From the human T2T-CHM13v2.0 reference genome, Homo sapiens: 64,000 bases of DNA. Position numbers and translations under genes: made by a program. The DNA lies in assembly GCF_009914755.1 (NCBI RefSeq), contig NC_060934.1. The stretch is one strand, 5' to 3'. How positions within the stretch are numbered: the stretch's first letter is position 1; every line of letters starts with the position of its first letter. The notes under the pieces were generated by a model. The model saw only the letters and a list, made by a program, of their open reading frames with translations. It was not told the DNA's origin and ran no database searches. Below are positions 49,157 through 63,592 of the stretch, one piece after another.

Positions 49157-49665
49157 CAGGGGTCCCCAACCCCCAGGCCATGGACCAGTACAGCAGGAGG
49201 TGAGGAACACGCGAGCGAGCAAAGCTTCATCTGTATTTACAGTTGCTCCCCATCGCCCACATTACTGCCTGAGCTCCATCTCCTGTCAGATCAGTGGCAG
49301 CATTAGATTCTTATAGGACCGCGAACCCTATTGTGAACTGCACATATGTAGGATCGGGATTGCGTGCTCCTTGTGAGAATCTAATGCCGGATGATCTGTC
49401 ACTGTCTCCCGTTACCCCCGTATGGGACTGTCTAGTTGCAGGAAAACAAGCTCAGGCCTCCTATTGATTCTACATTATGGTGAGTTGTGTAATTATTTCA
49501 TTATGTATTACAATGTAATAAAAATAGAAATAAGGTAGTTCACAATAAGTGTAATGCACTTGAATCATCCCAAAACCATTTCCCCCTCCTCACCACCTCT
49601 GGGTCTGTGGAAAAATTGTCCTCCAAGAAACTGGTCCCTGGTGTCAAAAAGGTTGGAGACCACTG
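49157..49665 (+). mobile_element. MER1A hAT DNA transposon
   Basis: TIRs CAGGGGTCCCCAACC / GGTTGGAGACCACTG; perfect 8-bp TSD ATTTAAAG (49149-49156 / 49666-49673). Confidence 0.93.
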
Positions 49666-49806
49666 ATTTAAAGGGTGAATAGGGAAAGAATTCCTCCTAA
49701 GGCATAATGATAACATTATTTAGTGCTTTGCAGTTATAAATCATTTCCACATGCATTTCCATTTTTTCTTCCCGTGAATACTGTGAAGAATAGAAGGTTA
49801 TCCCCA

Positions 49807-50108
<302 letters not shown>

Positions 50109-50842
50109 ATGCCCATTTTATAGATAACAAAATCAAAGCCTTAGATGTTCTCTCACCCAAGGCAGAGGGGGAGCTAAAACTAGAATCCAGTTTTCTGATC
50201 CAAAGACTAATGTTCTTTCCATTTGTCTTAGTGAGTTTTTCCAAACAGCACATCCTATTAACAGAAATTGCATGCAGGATGTTTATTTTGGGAAGTGATT
50301 CCAAGGAAACAAGGAAGAAGGGAAAGAGAGAGTTAGGAGCAAATTACCACATTGGGCCACTGAGGCTTGATCCTCCCAGGGACCCTCTCAAGAGCTGTGG
50401 AGAGTGAACTTTAGAATTGTCTGCCCTGGGGATTTATCCCCTGGTTCTCATTATCTGTTGGTCAAGGGTTGCTCCCATCTGGTGTTAAGTCCCTGTCACT
50501 TCCAGGTTTGCACGTGTGTCAGAGGGGTCATGTGGGTACCACAGGTGACAACTTAGGCAGCAGGAGAGAAGCTGCTGGGCAGAAATAGAGAGATAAGGAG
50601 ATACTGCTGGGGCTGGAATAAAAAGTTGGCCAAGATGTAAAATGGTCACAAGAGGTATCTGAAGTATCATTGCACCTCCTGATTTTTGTGGAGGTGAGGG
50701 TTCTTCGTACAAATAATTTCAATATAATAGAGATATATTCATGCAGAGACAGTGCTATGGAAGCCCAGAGAAAGAAGCTGCTAATTGTGCCTGTTTACAT
50801 GGAGGCTTCACAGAGAAGGTAGCCTTGGAGCTGAGTCTTAAG

Positions 50843-51260
50843 TGCTATGGCTTGAATGTTTGATCCCTCCAAAACTCATGTTGAAACTTAATCCCCAGTA
50901 TAATAGTATTAAGAGGCAGGGCCTTTAAGAGGTGGTGGGTCATGAGGGCTCTGACCTCATGAATGGATTAATCCATTCATGGATAAATGGATTGAGTTAT
51001 CACAGGGTGGGTTAGTTATTATTAGAGTAGGTCTGTATTAAAAGCTAGTTTGGCTCTCAGTATGCCCCCTTTGCCATGTGATGCCCTGTGCCACCTCGGG
51101 ACTCTGCAGAGAGTCCCCACCAGCAAGAAGGCCCTCCTGAGATGTTGCCTCTTGACCTTGGACTTCATAGCTTCTAGAACTGTAAGAAATACATTTATTT
51201 TTTAAATAAATTACCCAGTATCAAGTATTCAGTGATAGCAACAGAGAATGGACTAAGACA
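50843..51260 (+). mobile_element. MSTB1/MSTB2-like MaLR LTR
   Basis: TGCTATGGCTTGAATGTTTG...AAAACTCATGTTGAAACTTAATCCCC...GGACTAAGACA. Confidence 0.85.
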
Positions 51261-51621
51261 AATGGTAAGGAGTTTTCTAGAAAGTGGGATAGGACATGTT
51301 CCAGACAAAGATTATATCATGTGTTGAAGAGTGACAGCTTGAAATCATATGCAATCCCTGGGGAATCAGCAGCTCAGTATGGTTAGATTGTTGAATATGG
51401 GGGCAGGAAGGAGAGGTGGAAGAGGAGGTCCAAGTCTGAGCTTAGTATTTTTGGCTTAAAAGTGGGCATCTCATCCATTAAACTGCAGTGGTGTTCAAGC
51501 TTGGATCCATGTTAGAAGCACCTGAGGAGCTTTTCAAAAATATGGCTGGGCCCCATCTCAGGTCAATTAAATCATCTTTGGAGGTTACAGTTAAATAAAA
51601 ATGGTTCAAAATATTGTAGAT

Positions 51622-51956
<335 letters not shown>

Positions 51957-54721
51957 CTAATGAGTAGTTTTGATTGAAGACCACTGCTTTGAAGGGTTTC
52001 ATACAAGGAAGTGATGCCCAGATTTGTGTTCCCAAGATTCCTTTTGGCTGGAGAGCAGATTAGAGGAGAGACCAGTTAGCATGCTCCTGCCATGGTCTAG
52101 GCAAGGCAGGCGAGGCCAGAATTAAGGCATTGTCTGTGGGGTAAGGGGAGGGGATAATGTGAAAGACACTTGGGTTGACCAGATCTTTGTGACAAAATTC
52201 CTTTGAGGACCTTTTAAGATTAAGATGGAACAGGTACCTTGGGACGGTTAATGCTGAGAGAAAACTCCGAATGCTTCTGTTTAAAGAGGGTGGTGGCCAC
52301 AAGCCTCTGTTGGTGCAACTTCATACATGGAAAGACTTTCAGCTGTCCTGTACTCACTTCCTCTGATTTGTCATCCCTGTCCTCTTGCAGGGATCATTAT
52401 TCTGCCTGCCTAGAGTACAACACAACATGGGCCATGGACTCACATTGCCTTGGGTTTGAATCTTCGCTGTGCTCTTAGGGTCACAGGAGTTAACCTCTCT
52501 AAGCCTTAGTTTCTCCACTTGTATGATGGAACTGATGCTTCTTCTCTTGTAAGATTACTGTGAGAATTCAGTGGGATAAAGTACATGCAAATATGAGTCC
52601 AGAGCAGAAGGCCTGGCCCACTGCAGACACTCAGTGATTGATAACTCATGTCTTATCATTTTTGCAGCTTACCTGCCTTAGTGACAAATTGACAGTTATC
52701 TTTATTTTATTCCCACTGTTCCCCATCTGACTTGCCCTTGTCTAGCCCATTTCAGGTCAGCCCACCCATGCTGATGATCCAGTCTTGTCATCTTCCTGCC
52801 TGACCTAGTTTGGGTTCAGCCCTGCTGGGGAGATAGTGCCCTCATGCCTGGGCCACATGTGGCATAACACAGCAAGAACTCTTTATTGTTCTGAAATGTT
52901 TACTTGCCCAGCTACCTAAAAGGTTATAAGCACATTGAGGACAGGGAATGGATTTCATTTGTCTTTGTTTGCATTTTATTTATTCATTGACTCCATTCAT
53001 TCATTTAACAAATAGCCATTGAATATCAACTCTATTGTAGGCCCTGGCATATATTAGTGAGCAAGATGGGCAAATTTATTATACCCTTGTTTTGAACTTA
53101 TAGTATAATGAGGGAGATAATCATTAATCAAATAATCATAAAATAAATGTTAAATTACAGCCAGCACAACATCTGATTTGGGTAGTTGCTCCAGAGAAGT
53201 TTGCTGACTCTGAATAGAGAAAGCACCTTGAACAGATAAAACCGTTCCCTCCTTGTATGTGAAGAACCCAGGACCAACCTGGTAGCCAGGCAGTGTCAGT
53301 GAGGGAAGCAGACCTCTGCCTCAGAGTTCTCTAGAGATCCTAGTTCCCCACTCTTACCCTCAGAGCCTTCTCAGTTTGAACCTCCAGAGTGCAGGGCCTC
53401 AGAAGCTACATGTGTTAGCAGGCATCCTGGGGTGTTCTCATGCCACTGAAGTCTGTGAACCACTGCCTGTGAGACACAATGAGAACTTAAAAAAAATTAG
53501 CCTTAATGAACTGAAGAGTCATTAGCTGTACCCAAGACTCCCCCTGGGAAAGTACCTTTGTTCTGGTGGACCTAGGTGGGGCGGTAGCTTTGACGTCTGC
53601 TTGGTTCCCCACTTCCTTGTCTACTCGTAACTGAACACTGGCAGTTAGTGGTTGTCAGATATTCTTTTAGCACAAACATTCCACATTTTGGCACACACTG
53701 AGTCTCTGTCACACAAGCACCAGACTGACCCAATGCCAAACAACTAGCCTTCATTAAACGCTGCCTCTTCTGTGAATGCAGGCTCAGGGACCAGACCACT
53801 TTGATTTTAATCCCAGATATGCTACTTTCTAGCCGAGACTTTGGGCAAGAAATTCTCTCTATGCCTCCCCTTATATGTAAAATCAAGATAGTAACAGTAC
53901 CTACTTAGAATATGGTTGTGAGAATTAAATGGAATAATACAAGTGACTTAATTGTCAGAGCGATGAGCACATCAGAGGTCCTCAATGGAGACTACCTGCT
54001 TTAATGAAGATATGTCCTATGGAAGGCCCTTAGCTATTAGTGTATTATGGTCACTGAACCAGTACTCTGCAGGATTTCCAGCTTCTGTTAAAGGGTAATG
54101 ACCTTTCCTCATGCATCTGCTTTTTCAAAATGAACAAAAGTGCTGTTCTTAGATAAGCATTTGTGATTTTATCTTTTTATGGAGACTTTGGAAAGATTTG
54201 CTCTGATTTCCAACCTCGAATACTCTTGGAAAATATCTGTATTATTTTTACTCTATTGGATTTTAATGTGTGTTTTAGAAAACAACATCTGCAGATAGAT
54301 GGTGTTGCACAACAATGTGAATATCCTTAATACCACAAAACTGCACTTAAAAATGGTTACAATGGTAACTTTTATGTTATGTGTGTTTTACAGCAATTAA
54401 AAAATAAGACAATAACAGAACTGTGGTTTGTATTAAAGATCTAGTAACTCTAATTAAAGAAAAAGGAAAGGAAGAAAATGGTCTCTAAATGTTTATAGGC
54501 CCTACTAGCATCTCTGTAGCTAATCTGGTTTGTTTATAGAGTACTAGAGTCTTACTCAAAATTATAAGCTTTGTTTATAAACCCAAGCTCACTGAGACAG
54601 ACTGATGAGGCTGCTGAAGTTACCATTAAAGCTACAGGAACTTTTAAGAAAGTTTTTGAAGACACACTGTGTCTGAAGGGACCATGAAAAGTTAATGATC
54701 ATACTTGCCTGTGTTACCAGA

Positions 54722-55127
54722 TGTCTTAGTCTGTTTTGTGTGGCTGTAACAGAATGTGACAAACTTGGTAATTTATAATATAAAGAACAGAAATTACTTT
54801 TCTCACAGTTCTGGAGGCCAAGAAGCCCAAGATCAAGGTGCTGGCAGGCTTGGTGTCTGGTAAGGGCCTGGTCTCTGCTTCCAAGATGATGCCTTGAACT
54901 CTGCATCCTCTGGAGGGAGGAATGCTGTTCCTCACAATGGCAAAAGAGTAGGAGATAGCAAACTCACTCCCCAAACCCCATTTAATTGTGGCATTAATCC
55001 ATTTAAGAGGGCAGAGTACTTGAATACCTAAATACCTCCCACTAGGGCTCACCTCCTGATGCTGATGCATTGGTGATGAAGTTTTCAACACATGAGTTTT
55101 GGAGGGGAAAACAGTCAAACCACAGCA
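54722..55127 (-). mobile_element. MSTC/MSTD-like MaLR LTR
   Basis: TGTCTTAGTCTGTTTTGTG...TCTCACAGTTCTGGAGGC...CAAACCACAGCA. Confidence 0.8.
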
Positions 55128-55835
55128 TCTGTCTTATGAGCTTTTTGGGGATGGTGTAGGACAACTCCAGTGGTACTACTTTATATTAGACAATGAATAT
55201 TAACCTCTTTTAGGGCTGGAAGGAATTTAGGAACCATCCAGTTCCAACCCCCTCATTTATCCATTTGATTCAATAATGATCTGTTGAATTCTTTCTCTGT
55301 GCCTAATGTATAGTAGGATATACCATCGTGGATGCTGTATATACTGTGGTAAACAAAGTAGACCTGCCCTCATGTAGCTTACAATCTAATAATAAAGATA
55401 GATATTAATCAAATAGCTGCATAAATATGTAATTACACCATGTGGCCAGTACCGTCTTTAGAGGGAAAATACAGGCATTCTGATCAGGAGGGTAGGATCT
55501 AAACTCAGGAGGTCAGAGAAGGCTGAGATGTCAAGTGAAGGGCTTTCTCGGTAAAGGCCCTGGAGCAGAAACCATGAGACCTATGGGCAACTGCAAGCAG
55601 GCCAGTTCCACCAGAGGTGTTTTCTGAATGAGAAGAGGGTGAAATATTCTACTTCTGTGGAGCCAGGAAGCAGGCTGTCTGATGCTCTAGTTTCTCTTTC
55701 TTTCTGCTTCTAAATAGACTTACCCAGAAGCCTGGTACTATGACATTTGTGTAGGTAGAATTGTTTCCATCCTAAGGAGATATCTGCCCCATATCTATAC
55801 GGCCTCCAGTCTCAGTGAGCTTAGGGTCTGTTGCG

Positions 55836-55952
55836 CCTACATTTCCAGGTCTTCACCAAGGCCCCTGCATTGGTGTTTCCATGAACCAAGCAAGGTCACT
55901 TCTACTGTTCCTCTTTCTGGACCAGCACTTCTATCCATGCAACCTAGCTCAT
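55836..55952 (+). repeat. Copy A of an unclassified 117-bp direct repeat
   Basis: Ungapped alignment to 58923-59039 with about 16 mismatches (hand count). Confidence 0.9.
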
Positions 55953-55979
55953 GAAGATCGGTTATGATCTTCATGTGAT

Positions 55980-56033
55980 CACTGCACTCCAGCCTGGGTG
56001 ACAGAGCGAGACTCCGTCTCAAAAAAAAAAAAA
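55980..56033 (+). mobile_element. Alu 3'-terminal fragment with A tail
   Basis: CACTGCACTCCAGCCTGGGTGACAGAGCGAGACTCCGTCTC followed by A13. Confidence 0.9.
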
Positions 56034-56039
56034 TTTAAA

Positions 56040-57470
56040 AATTTAATTTATTTTTAGACTCATGGGGCACATGTGCATATTTGTTTCATGGGTATATTGC
56101 ATGATGCTGAGGTTTGGGCTTCTAATGATCCTGTCACCCAAGTAGTGAACATAGAACCTGACAGGTAGTTTTTCAACCTTTGACCTCCTCCCCACCTCCC
56201 CTCTTTTGGAATCCCTAGTGTTTATTGTTCCCGTCTTTGTGTTCATGTGTACCCAACGTTTAGCTTCCACTTATAAGAATATGCAGTATTTGGTTTTCTG
56301 TTCCTGTGTTAATTCGCTTAGGGTAGTGGCCTCCAGCTGCATTCATGTTGCTGCAAAGGACATGATTTCATTCTTTTTTATGGCTGCATAGTATTCCATG
56401 GTGCATATGTACCACATTTTCTTTATACAATTCATCATTGATGGACACCTGGGTTGATTCTATGTCTTTGCTATTATGAATAGTGCTGTGATAAATATAC
56501 AAGTGCAGGTGTCTTTTTGGTGGAATAATTTGTTTTCCTTTGGGTATATACCTAGTAATGGGATTGCTGGGTCAAATGGCAATTCTATTTTTAGTTCTTT
56601 GAGAAATCTCTAACCTTCTTTTCACAGGGCTGAATAAATTTGCATTCCCACCAACAGTGTGTAAGCATTCTCTTGTATGCACAATCTTGCCAGCATCTGT
56701 TATTTTCTGACTTCTTAATAGCCATTCTGACTGGTATAAGATGGTATCTCATTGTGGTTTTAACATTCATCTCTCTGATGACCAGTGATGATGAGCATTT
56801 TTTCAAAAGTGTATTGGCCACTTGTATGTCTTCTCTTGAGAAGTGTCTATTTATGTCTTTGACCCACTTTTTGTGTGTTTACTCTGTCACTGGTTTTTTT
56901 TGCTGTGCAGAAGCTCTTTAGTTTAATTAGGTCCCAATTGTCACTTTTTGTTTTAACTGCATTTGCTTTTGAGGACTTAGTCATAAATTCTTTCCTGAGG
57001 CCAATGTCTGGAAGGGTATTTCCTAGGTTTCTTTTATGACTTTTATAGTTTGAGGGTCTTACAGTTATGTGTTTATTCTACCTTGAGTTAATTTTTGTAT
57101 ATTGTGAGAGGTAGGGGTGTAGTTTCATACTTCTACATATGGTTAGCCAGTTTTCCAACCACCATTTATTAAATAGGAAGTCCTTTTCCCATTGTTTATT
57201 TTTGTCAGCTTTGTCAAAGATCAGTTGGCTGTAAGTGTATGGCTTTATTTCAGGGTCTCTATTCTGTTCCATTGATCTATGTATCTATTTCTGTACCAGT
57301 ACCATGCTGTTTTAGTTATCATAGCTTTGTGGTTTAAAGTTAGGTTATGTGATGCCTCTGGCTTTATCCTTTTTGCTTAGGATTGCCTTGGCTATTTGGG
57401 CTCTTTTTTGGTCTGTATGAATTTTAGAGTAGATTTTTTTCTAATTCTTTGATTTCTTTGGGCAATACGA
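56040..57470 (-). mobile_element. 5'-truncated L1PA15/16-like LINE
   Basis: Characteristic 3'UTR (GATGCTGAGGTTTGGGCTTCTAATGATCC) and ORF2 relics ([18 protein letters not shown]; TTMRYHLIPVRMAI). Confidence 0.9.
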
Positions 57471-58922
57471 CGCATTCAAAAAAGACTTGGAAGGAAATAA
57501 ATAAAAATAAAAGTGATATCTAATTAGTAGAATCTTAAACATCTTTTTTTACTTCATTTTATAAGTGATATTTAAGAAACTTTTAGTACTCTTAAAATAG
57601 AAAATAATATTGAAATAATCCCGAGGGAGTGTCAGATCTCTTCCTTACCACCTAAATCTTACTGCTTTCTTTAAAGGATATACTCATAGGGACTTTTGGA
57701 AATATTTAAATATAAGCTACAGAGAAATGTTGGGTTTCTCCACTGCCAGACTTTGAGGCATTCACTAGCTAATGGACTTTTGAGCCCAGGAGGCAGAGAG
57801 AACATGAACATTCTCCAGACTTCTGGGAAGCTTTATTTACTGAAGCCCCTGTAGGCCTCGTACTCTCTGGAACATGCATTGGAAAATGCTGGTGTGGTGG
57901 AAAGAGAACAAAACGTTGTGGCTACCTGGGCTCTGATGGATGTTGTAACAAAGAAAGGCAAGCTCCCCAAATGCTCAAATTGAACTTTCAGTCAAGCTTT
58001 ATCTGTCTCTCAAGCAGCAAACAATGCCAGTTTTTTATTCTGCAAGCCATTTTAGAAGACAAAATGTTTGGCACAGTTGCACAGGTTAGCATGCTAGTGT
58101 ACTGTGTACACAAGATGAAATGTCTTCAATTTGTGTTAAAATATGCTTTACCCCCTTCTCAAACACTTGTCAAATGAAACGTAGTAAAAGTTTTTGTTTC
58201 TCAACTACCTCACTGTGTAAGTAAGGCCTTAGAGAAAACAAGCTGACAGAAGCAAGCCTGGTTCTTTGGCTCTATGGGAAGAATGACTTTCGTATCAACA
58301 ATGTTAGAATAAAATCTGATCCCAGATAAATGCTGCTTGCTGCTTCTACCTCACCAGTTTCTGTCGTATGCTGCTGTGGTTGGAACATTTTCTGGCAGGA
58401 AGAAATCAGGGGCTCTGTTAGGAAACAACAGAATTTTCTGCCATGTGTAATTCCTGAGCCTCTTTCTCCACTCTGGGAGGTTTCTCAAGGGTCCAGTGGC
58501 CCCAGACCTTAGTCAGTGTTCCTCTCTGCCCACAATGGCCACCACCTAAGCCATTTCTTGGATTCCTTTCACTGCAAGCCTAGCTGCAGAGGAGTCTGTC
58601 CAGCTTGCTTCCTTGCTGTGCCCAAAGCCAGCATACAGGCCCTTTTCTTTCTAAAGGCATAATGCTAATTACTGGAGGGAATCCCCACTGTGTGTAACTA
58701 GGAAGAGAACACTGTGGAGGTTATGGCAGGTCAAGGGTCCTTGCAAGGTCTGCACGGTGGTACTCCCTGGTCTAGTGAAATGGAGTAGAGTTTGACACTC
58801 AATAGGCTCTACTTTTAGCTTTTCCTAGTGGTCCAGGGAGGTCTCTTAAATCCTATTTCTTGTCTTCTTTTCTCCCTGGAGTCTCTTAGATTCATAGCAG
58901 ATGATATATATACCCATTGCCA

Positions 58923-59039
58923 CCTACATTTTCAGGTCTTCACTGGGGCCCCTACATTGGTGTCTCCATGAACCAAACAAGGTCATTTCTACTGTTCCTC
59001 TTTCCAGACCACTGCTTCTGTTCATGCAACCTAGCTTAT
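58923..59039 (+). repeat. Copy B of an unclassified 117-bp direct repeat
   Basis: Ungapped alignment to 55836-55952. Confidence 0.9.
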
Positions 59040-59054
59040 ATATGTAGGGAGATT

Positions 59055-59109
59055 CACACACACACACACACACACACACACCACACACCCACACACACCC
59101 ACACACACA
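59055..59109 (+). repeat. Imperfect (CA)n microsatellite
   Basis: Direct reading. Confidence 0.95.
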
Positions 59110-59384
59110 GCTAAATTAAGCATTTTTAAAGTGGCAGACCATACTTTGAGGTCTGCAGCTTAAATAAGCAGCCACGTGACAAGCGTCTCCTTCTTCTCTT
59201 CCTTTCGCTTCCCCATTTACTTCCCTCTATGTTTCTTCTCTAAGGAAGATTTAAAAGCACATGTGCCATCATGCTCTTCTCCCAAGTTCATATCAGATGT
59301 CATTAATCAATCATGGAATTTTTTAATCCTGAGTAAGCCCAGAGATATAACCAAAGATGACTATCAGTTGATCAAAATGGGCAT

Positions 59385-59890
59385 TGAGCAGTTTACTCCT
59401 GGATAGATACCCCCAAAGAAATGAGAGCTTATTTCAACAAAATGAAATGCATATGAATGTTTCTGGCAGCTATATTTCCAGTAGCCCCAAACTGGAAATA
59501 ACCCGAATGTCCATCAACAGTTGAATGGATAAAAATATAGTATATCCATATAATGAAATACTTTGCAGTGATGGAAAAAGATGAACTACTGATACACACA
59601 GTTTGAGTTCATCTTACATAGTGTAAAGTGAAAGAAGTTAGACATAAAGGAGGCATACTATGTGAGTTCATACATTGCAGTTCAAAAACAGGCAGAACTC
59701 ATACATGGTGGTAGAAGTTAAGACAGTGGTAACTGACTGAGAGGGGCACTGGGAAGCCTTATGAGGGCTAGAATGTGTTCTGTATCTTGATCTGGGTGGT
59801 GGTTATATGGATGTGCACATATGCAAAAATTTATTGAGGTGTATGCCTAGTATTTGCACACTTTACTGTAGCTACCCCTCATTTAATGTC
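59385..59890 (+). mobile_element. Old L1ME-type 3' fragment
   Basis: AGCCCCAAACTGGAAATAACCCGAATGTCCATCAACAG...TATCTTGATCTGGGTGGTGGTTA. Confidence 0.75.
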
Positions 59891-60788
59891 CTTAAAAGGG
59901 GGCACCAATTTGAAAATTATTGCCCAGCCCTTGCTTCTATGTTTCTGTGTATAGTTTCTGTTTCTAGTTCTTTCTCCTGCTGTCATCTGTCCTTCTTCTC
60001 CTCTGCTGACTTTCTTTCCTCCTTTTTTTCTTCTTTTCATCTCCCCCTACTCGTAAAGCTAAAAACATGAAGTTTAAGTACATATATTGTAAAATATATT
60101 AAATACAATTTTACAGTTATATTCATAATTTAAAAGTGAGTGTATTTAGTGTTTTTACACCTCTCCTTAAAACAAACTCTGCATTTATTGAACTAAAATT
60201 AGATGAACATATTTATTACGTCTTACTGGCATTCAATGGAGTAACTCAGTGGTTCCCAAACTTATCTGCACATTAGAATCATGTGGGACCTTATAAAAAT
60301 TCCAAAGCCCAGGACACAATACCACATCAATTAGATCACAATACCTGGGTCTAGGACACAAGCATCAGTAGCCATTGAAGCTTTCCAGGTGATTCCCGTA
60401 TGATTCCAATGTGTAGACAAGTTTGGGGACTATAGATTAATGGCTTTCTATTCCTTCCATAGTGTCTCAGCTACTTCAGCATGTGGTTCTGAATCTTGGC
60501 TGCACATTAGAATCACCTAAGAAGCTTCTAAACAATACTGCTTCTTGGGCCCTGTTCTGCATAAGGTCTGAATATTTCTAACATGCAAACAGCATGAAGA
60601 GCCCCGTTCTAGCAGGGTTGTTGTCCTGGTAGATCTTGTGATCGGAGTGACTCCAGTGCCATCCCCTCAATGTTCCTCTCAAATACTTTCTCCTCATGTT
60701 TTTGAAAATTCCAGTCCTTTCTTTTGCAAGCCTAATATGGAGATGAGTGATGTGATACTGATAAGTTTTTGGTCTGTGTTGCTTTCAG

Positions 60789-60906
60789 TATGGGATTGTG
60801 CTGGATGCGGGTTCTTCTCACACAAGTTTATACATCTATAAGTGGCCAGCAGAAAAGGAGAATGACACAGGCGTGGTGCATCAAGTAGAAGAATGCAGGG
60901 TTAAAG
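60789..60906 (+). CDS. ENTPD1: ENTPD1/CD39 coding exon 3 (118 nt; apyrase conserved region 1)
   Basis: TTTCAG| acceptor and AAAG|GTAAGA donor. Translates [39 protein letters not shown](G), with the GDA1/CD39 DAGSSHT motif and an NDT glycosylation sequon. Frame continuous with the previous exon; too short for the ORF track. Confidence 0.98.
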
Positions 60907-62202
60907 GTAAGATGAAGACCAAGGGAAGGGGAGGCCAACAGTGGGGCATGAGAACATGAGAGGTGTATGACCAGTAGAACACAAGAGAAAAAGGAGTCCC
61001 ACGCATAGGAAGCCAAGTGAAGAAAACAGTGCAGCTGCTGTTGTTATGTTATCGTTACAGAAAACATATTGAAATCAGTCGTTAATGATCAAAACCTAAG
61101 AATAAACACACATAAATATAATTAATAGTAGCTCCCATCAACAGAACACTTCTGCATGCTATGTACTTAGTACTGAACATGTGTTACTTCAGTATACCCT
61201 CATAATCTCCCTTTGAGGTATGCATTATTATACTAATTTTTTAAAAATGAGGGCACTGAGGTTGAGAGAGGTTATACCACTTGTTTGTTACTCAAGCTAG
61301 TAAGTGATGGAGCTGCGGTTCAAACCAAGTTCTGCCCGACTTCAAGTCTGCATCTTAGCCAGTGCTTCTCAAACTTGCATGAGCTTGTTAAAAACACAGA
61401 TGATGGGTCCCATCCCCTAGAGTTTCTGAGTCAGCAGATCTGGAATGAAGCCTGATAATCTGTATTTCTAAGAAGTTCCTAGGTGATGCTAATCTGTCTG
61501 GTTCAGAGATTTATTGCTCTCTTAATCTTTGTACCCTGATCTACAGCTTGGAAGACATTTTTCAAAGCTTTCAGCTTCTGTGTAGGCAGGAAAGACCAAA
61601 TTATAGGCTCTTAGGGCTGGGAAAAGGAACTTACAGATCGTTTAAATTTTGTTTCACAGAGAAGGAAACAAAAACCTGGAGGATTAGTGCCTTGAAAGTA
61701 GCAACAGAATAGAGACAAGAATCTAGGTCTCCTAATTACACTCTAGGTTTCCTGCTACTCTGAGCTGCTGCATTATATATCAATAATTTTTTTCTTTTAA
61801 GGTCATAATATGTTAGAGTGGTTGACATTCAGCTTTCAATCCCTTTACCCAGTACCCTACCATGCACCATTATACCACAGTCTCTCTGACTTTTATCTCT
61901 CTTAGCCTTTTGAGCTGGGAACCCACTGTTTATTTTTAGTCAGACTGATAGCCTAGATCCTAGAAGATAATTGATTTTCAGTTTGACAGCCTGTGGAATC
62001 CACTAATTTTCACAGGTCGTCAAGAAAGTAGTAGAGAGGAGATATTTCCAAGAGAGCAAGTCATTCTACCCAGTAGCCCCATCAATACTGACACTTTGGC
62101 CCCATCTGAGACAGTACTTCTGGCCTTTCTTAAAGCCCAAATCCCTCATTTTATTGGCTTTTATTTGACACACTGCCTTCCATTTTTAAAAGTTATTTTA
62201 AT

Positions 62203-62582
<380 letters not shown>

Positions 62583-63441
62583 CTAGTTAATCAAATATTT
62601 AACACCAAATTTTCTGAATCAAAACAATTAGCTGGTAACTTAGAGCTGATTTTCTCATGGTTATTAGGCTGTTTGAAAACCTGTGAATGATCTGGATAAC
62701 TTATTTGAATAATTATCCTTAAAGCAATTACTCTGCTATGAAGCACTGATAGTGTAGATATTTATCTTAATGTGAGATGAAAGTGTTGTTATGACTTCAA
62801 AAAGCTTAAGGAATCTTGGCTCTAATCCTCCATAGCAACAGTCGGTTTTGCTCTAAAACTGGAAAAACAGTTTTGCTAGGGAGGCAGGATATCGGAGTGG
62901 AAAAGTCACTGAAGAGACATAGATTCTGTTCCTCTTTCTTGTAACAGGAAGCAACTCCACCTCAGAAACTTTAAGGTGCTGGCCAGGATCAGATAACTAG
63001 TTAGTGGCAGCTTCCATCTTTTTAGTAAAAGCCAATTTGTCTGACGCTTAATTTTTATTCCAAGTGTTATCTTTAGGTCTTTTAGGAACTAGTGTCATTA
63101 ATTACAGTGTTCTGGAGGAAATATCAAAAAGCAGCTAACAGAGTAGCTATCTATAATATCCCCATTAAAGTCTGAGAATGTTATGCAATTGAATATGAAA
63201 TTGCGCCATCCAGTGGCAGAATTATTGAACACTGAACAGACCCAACTTAAAGTCTGGAAATTAAATCCTCTCAAGGCTAGGTCCAGTGAATTACCCTCTA
63301 AGTACAATAACCTAATGTATAGTACATCAGGAAATTGTTTTCTTGTATTTTTTTCAAAACACCATATTTTGATCTACTATTGTCAAGGTATGTTTTATAA
63401 TTTTTTTTTAAAAGATTGTTATCTTCTACATTTTTTCCTAG

Positions 63442-63592
63442 GTCCTGGAATCTCAAAATTTGTTCAGAAAGTAAATGAAATAGGCATTTACCTGACTGAT
63501 TGCATGGAAAGAGCTAGGGAAGTGATTCCAAGGTCCCAGCACCAAGAGACACCCGTTTACCTGGGAGCCACGGCAGGCATGCGGTTGCTCAG
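63442..63592 (+). CDS. ENTPD1: ENTPD1/CD39 coding exon 4 (151 nt; apyrase conserved region 2)
   Basis: TTTTTTCCTAG| acceptor and CAG|GTATAG donor. Translates (G)[49 protein letters not shown](R). Phase 1 start matches the end of exon 3. Confidence 0.98.

Noticed and set aside
50958-50981. Perfect 24-bp palindrome CATGAATGGATTAATCCATTCATG
   Set aside because: Real, but as I recall it is part of the MSTB1/2 LTR consensus, so not specific to this locus.
55836-59039. The 117-bp repeats as LTRs of a miniature retroelement
   Set aside because: No primer-binding site, polypurine tract, shared TG...CA ends or TSD is visible.
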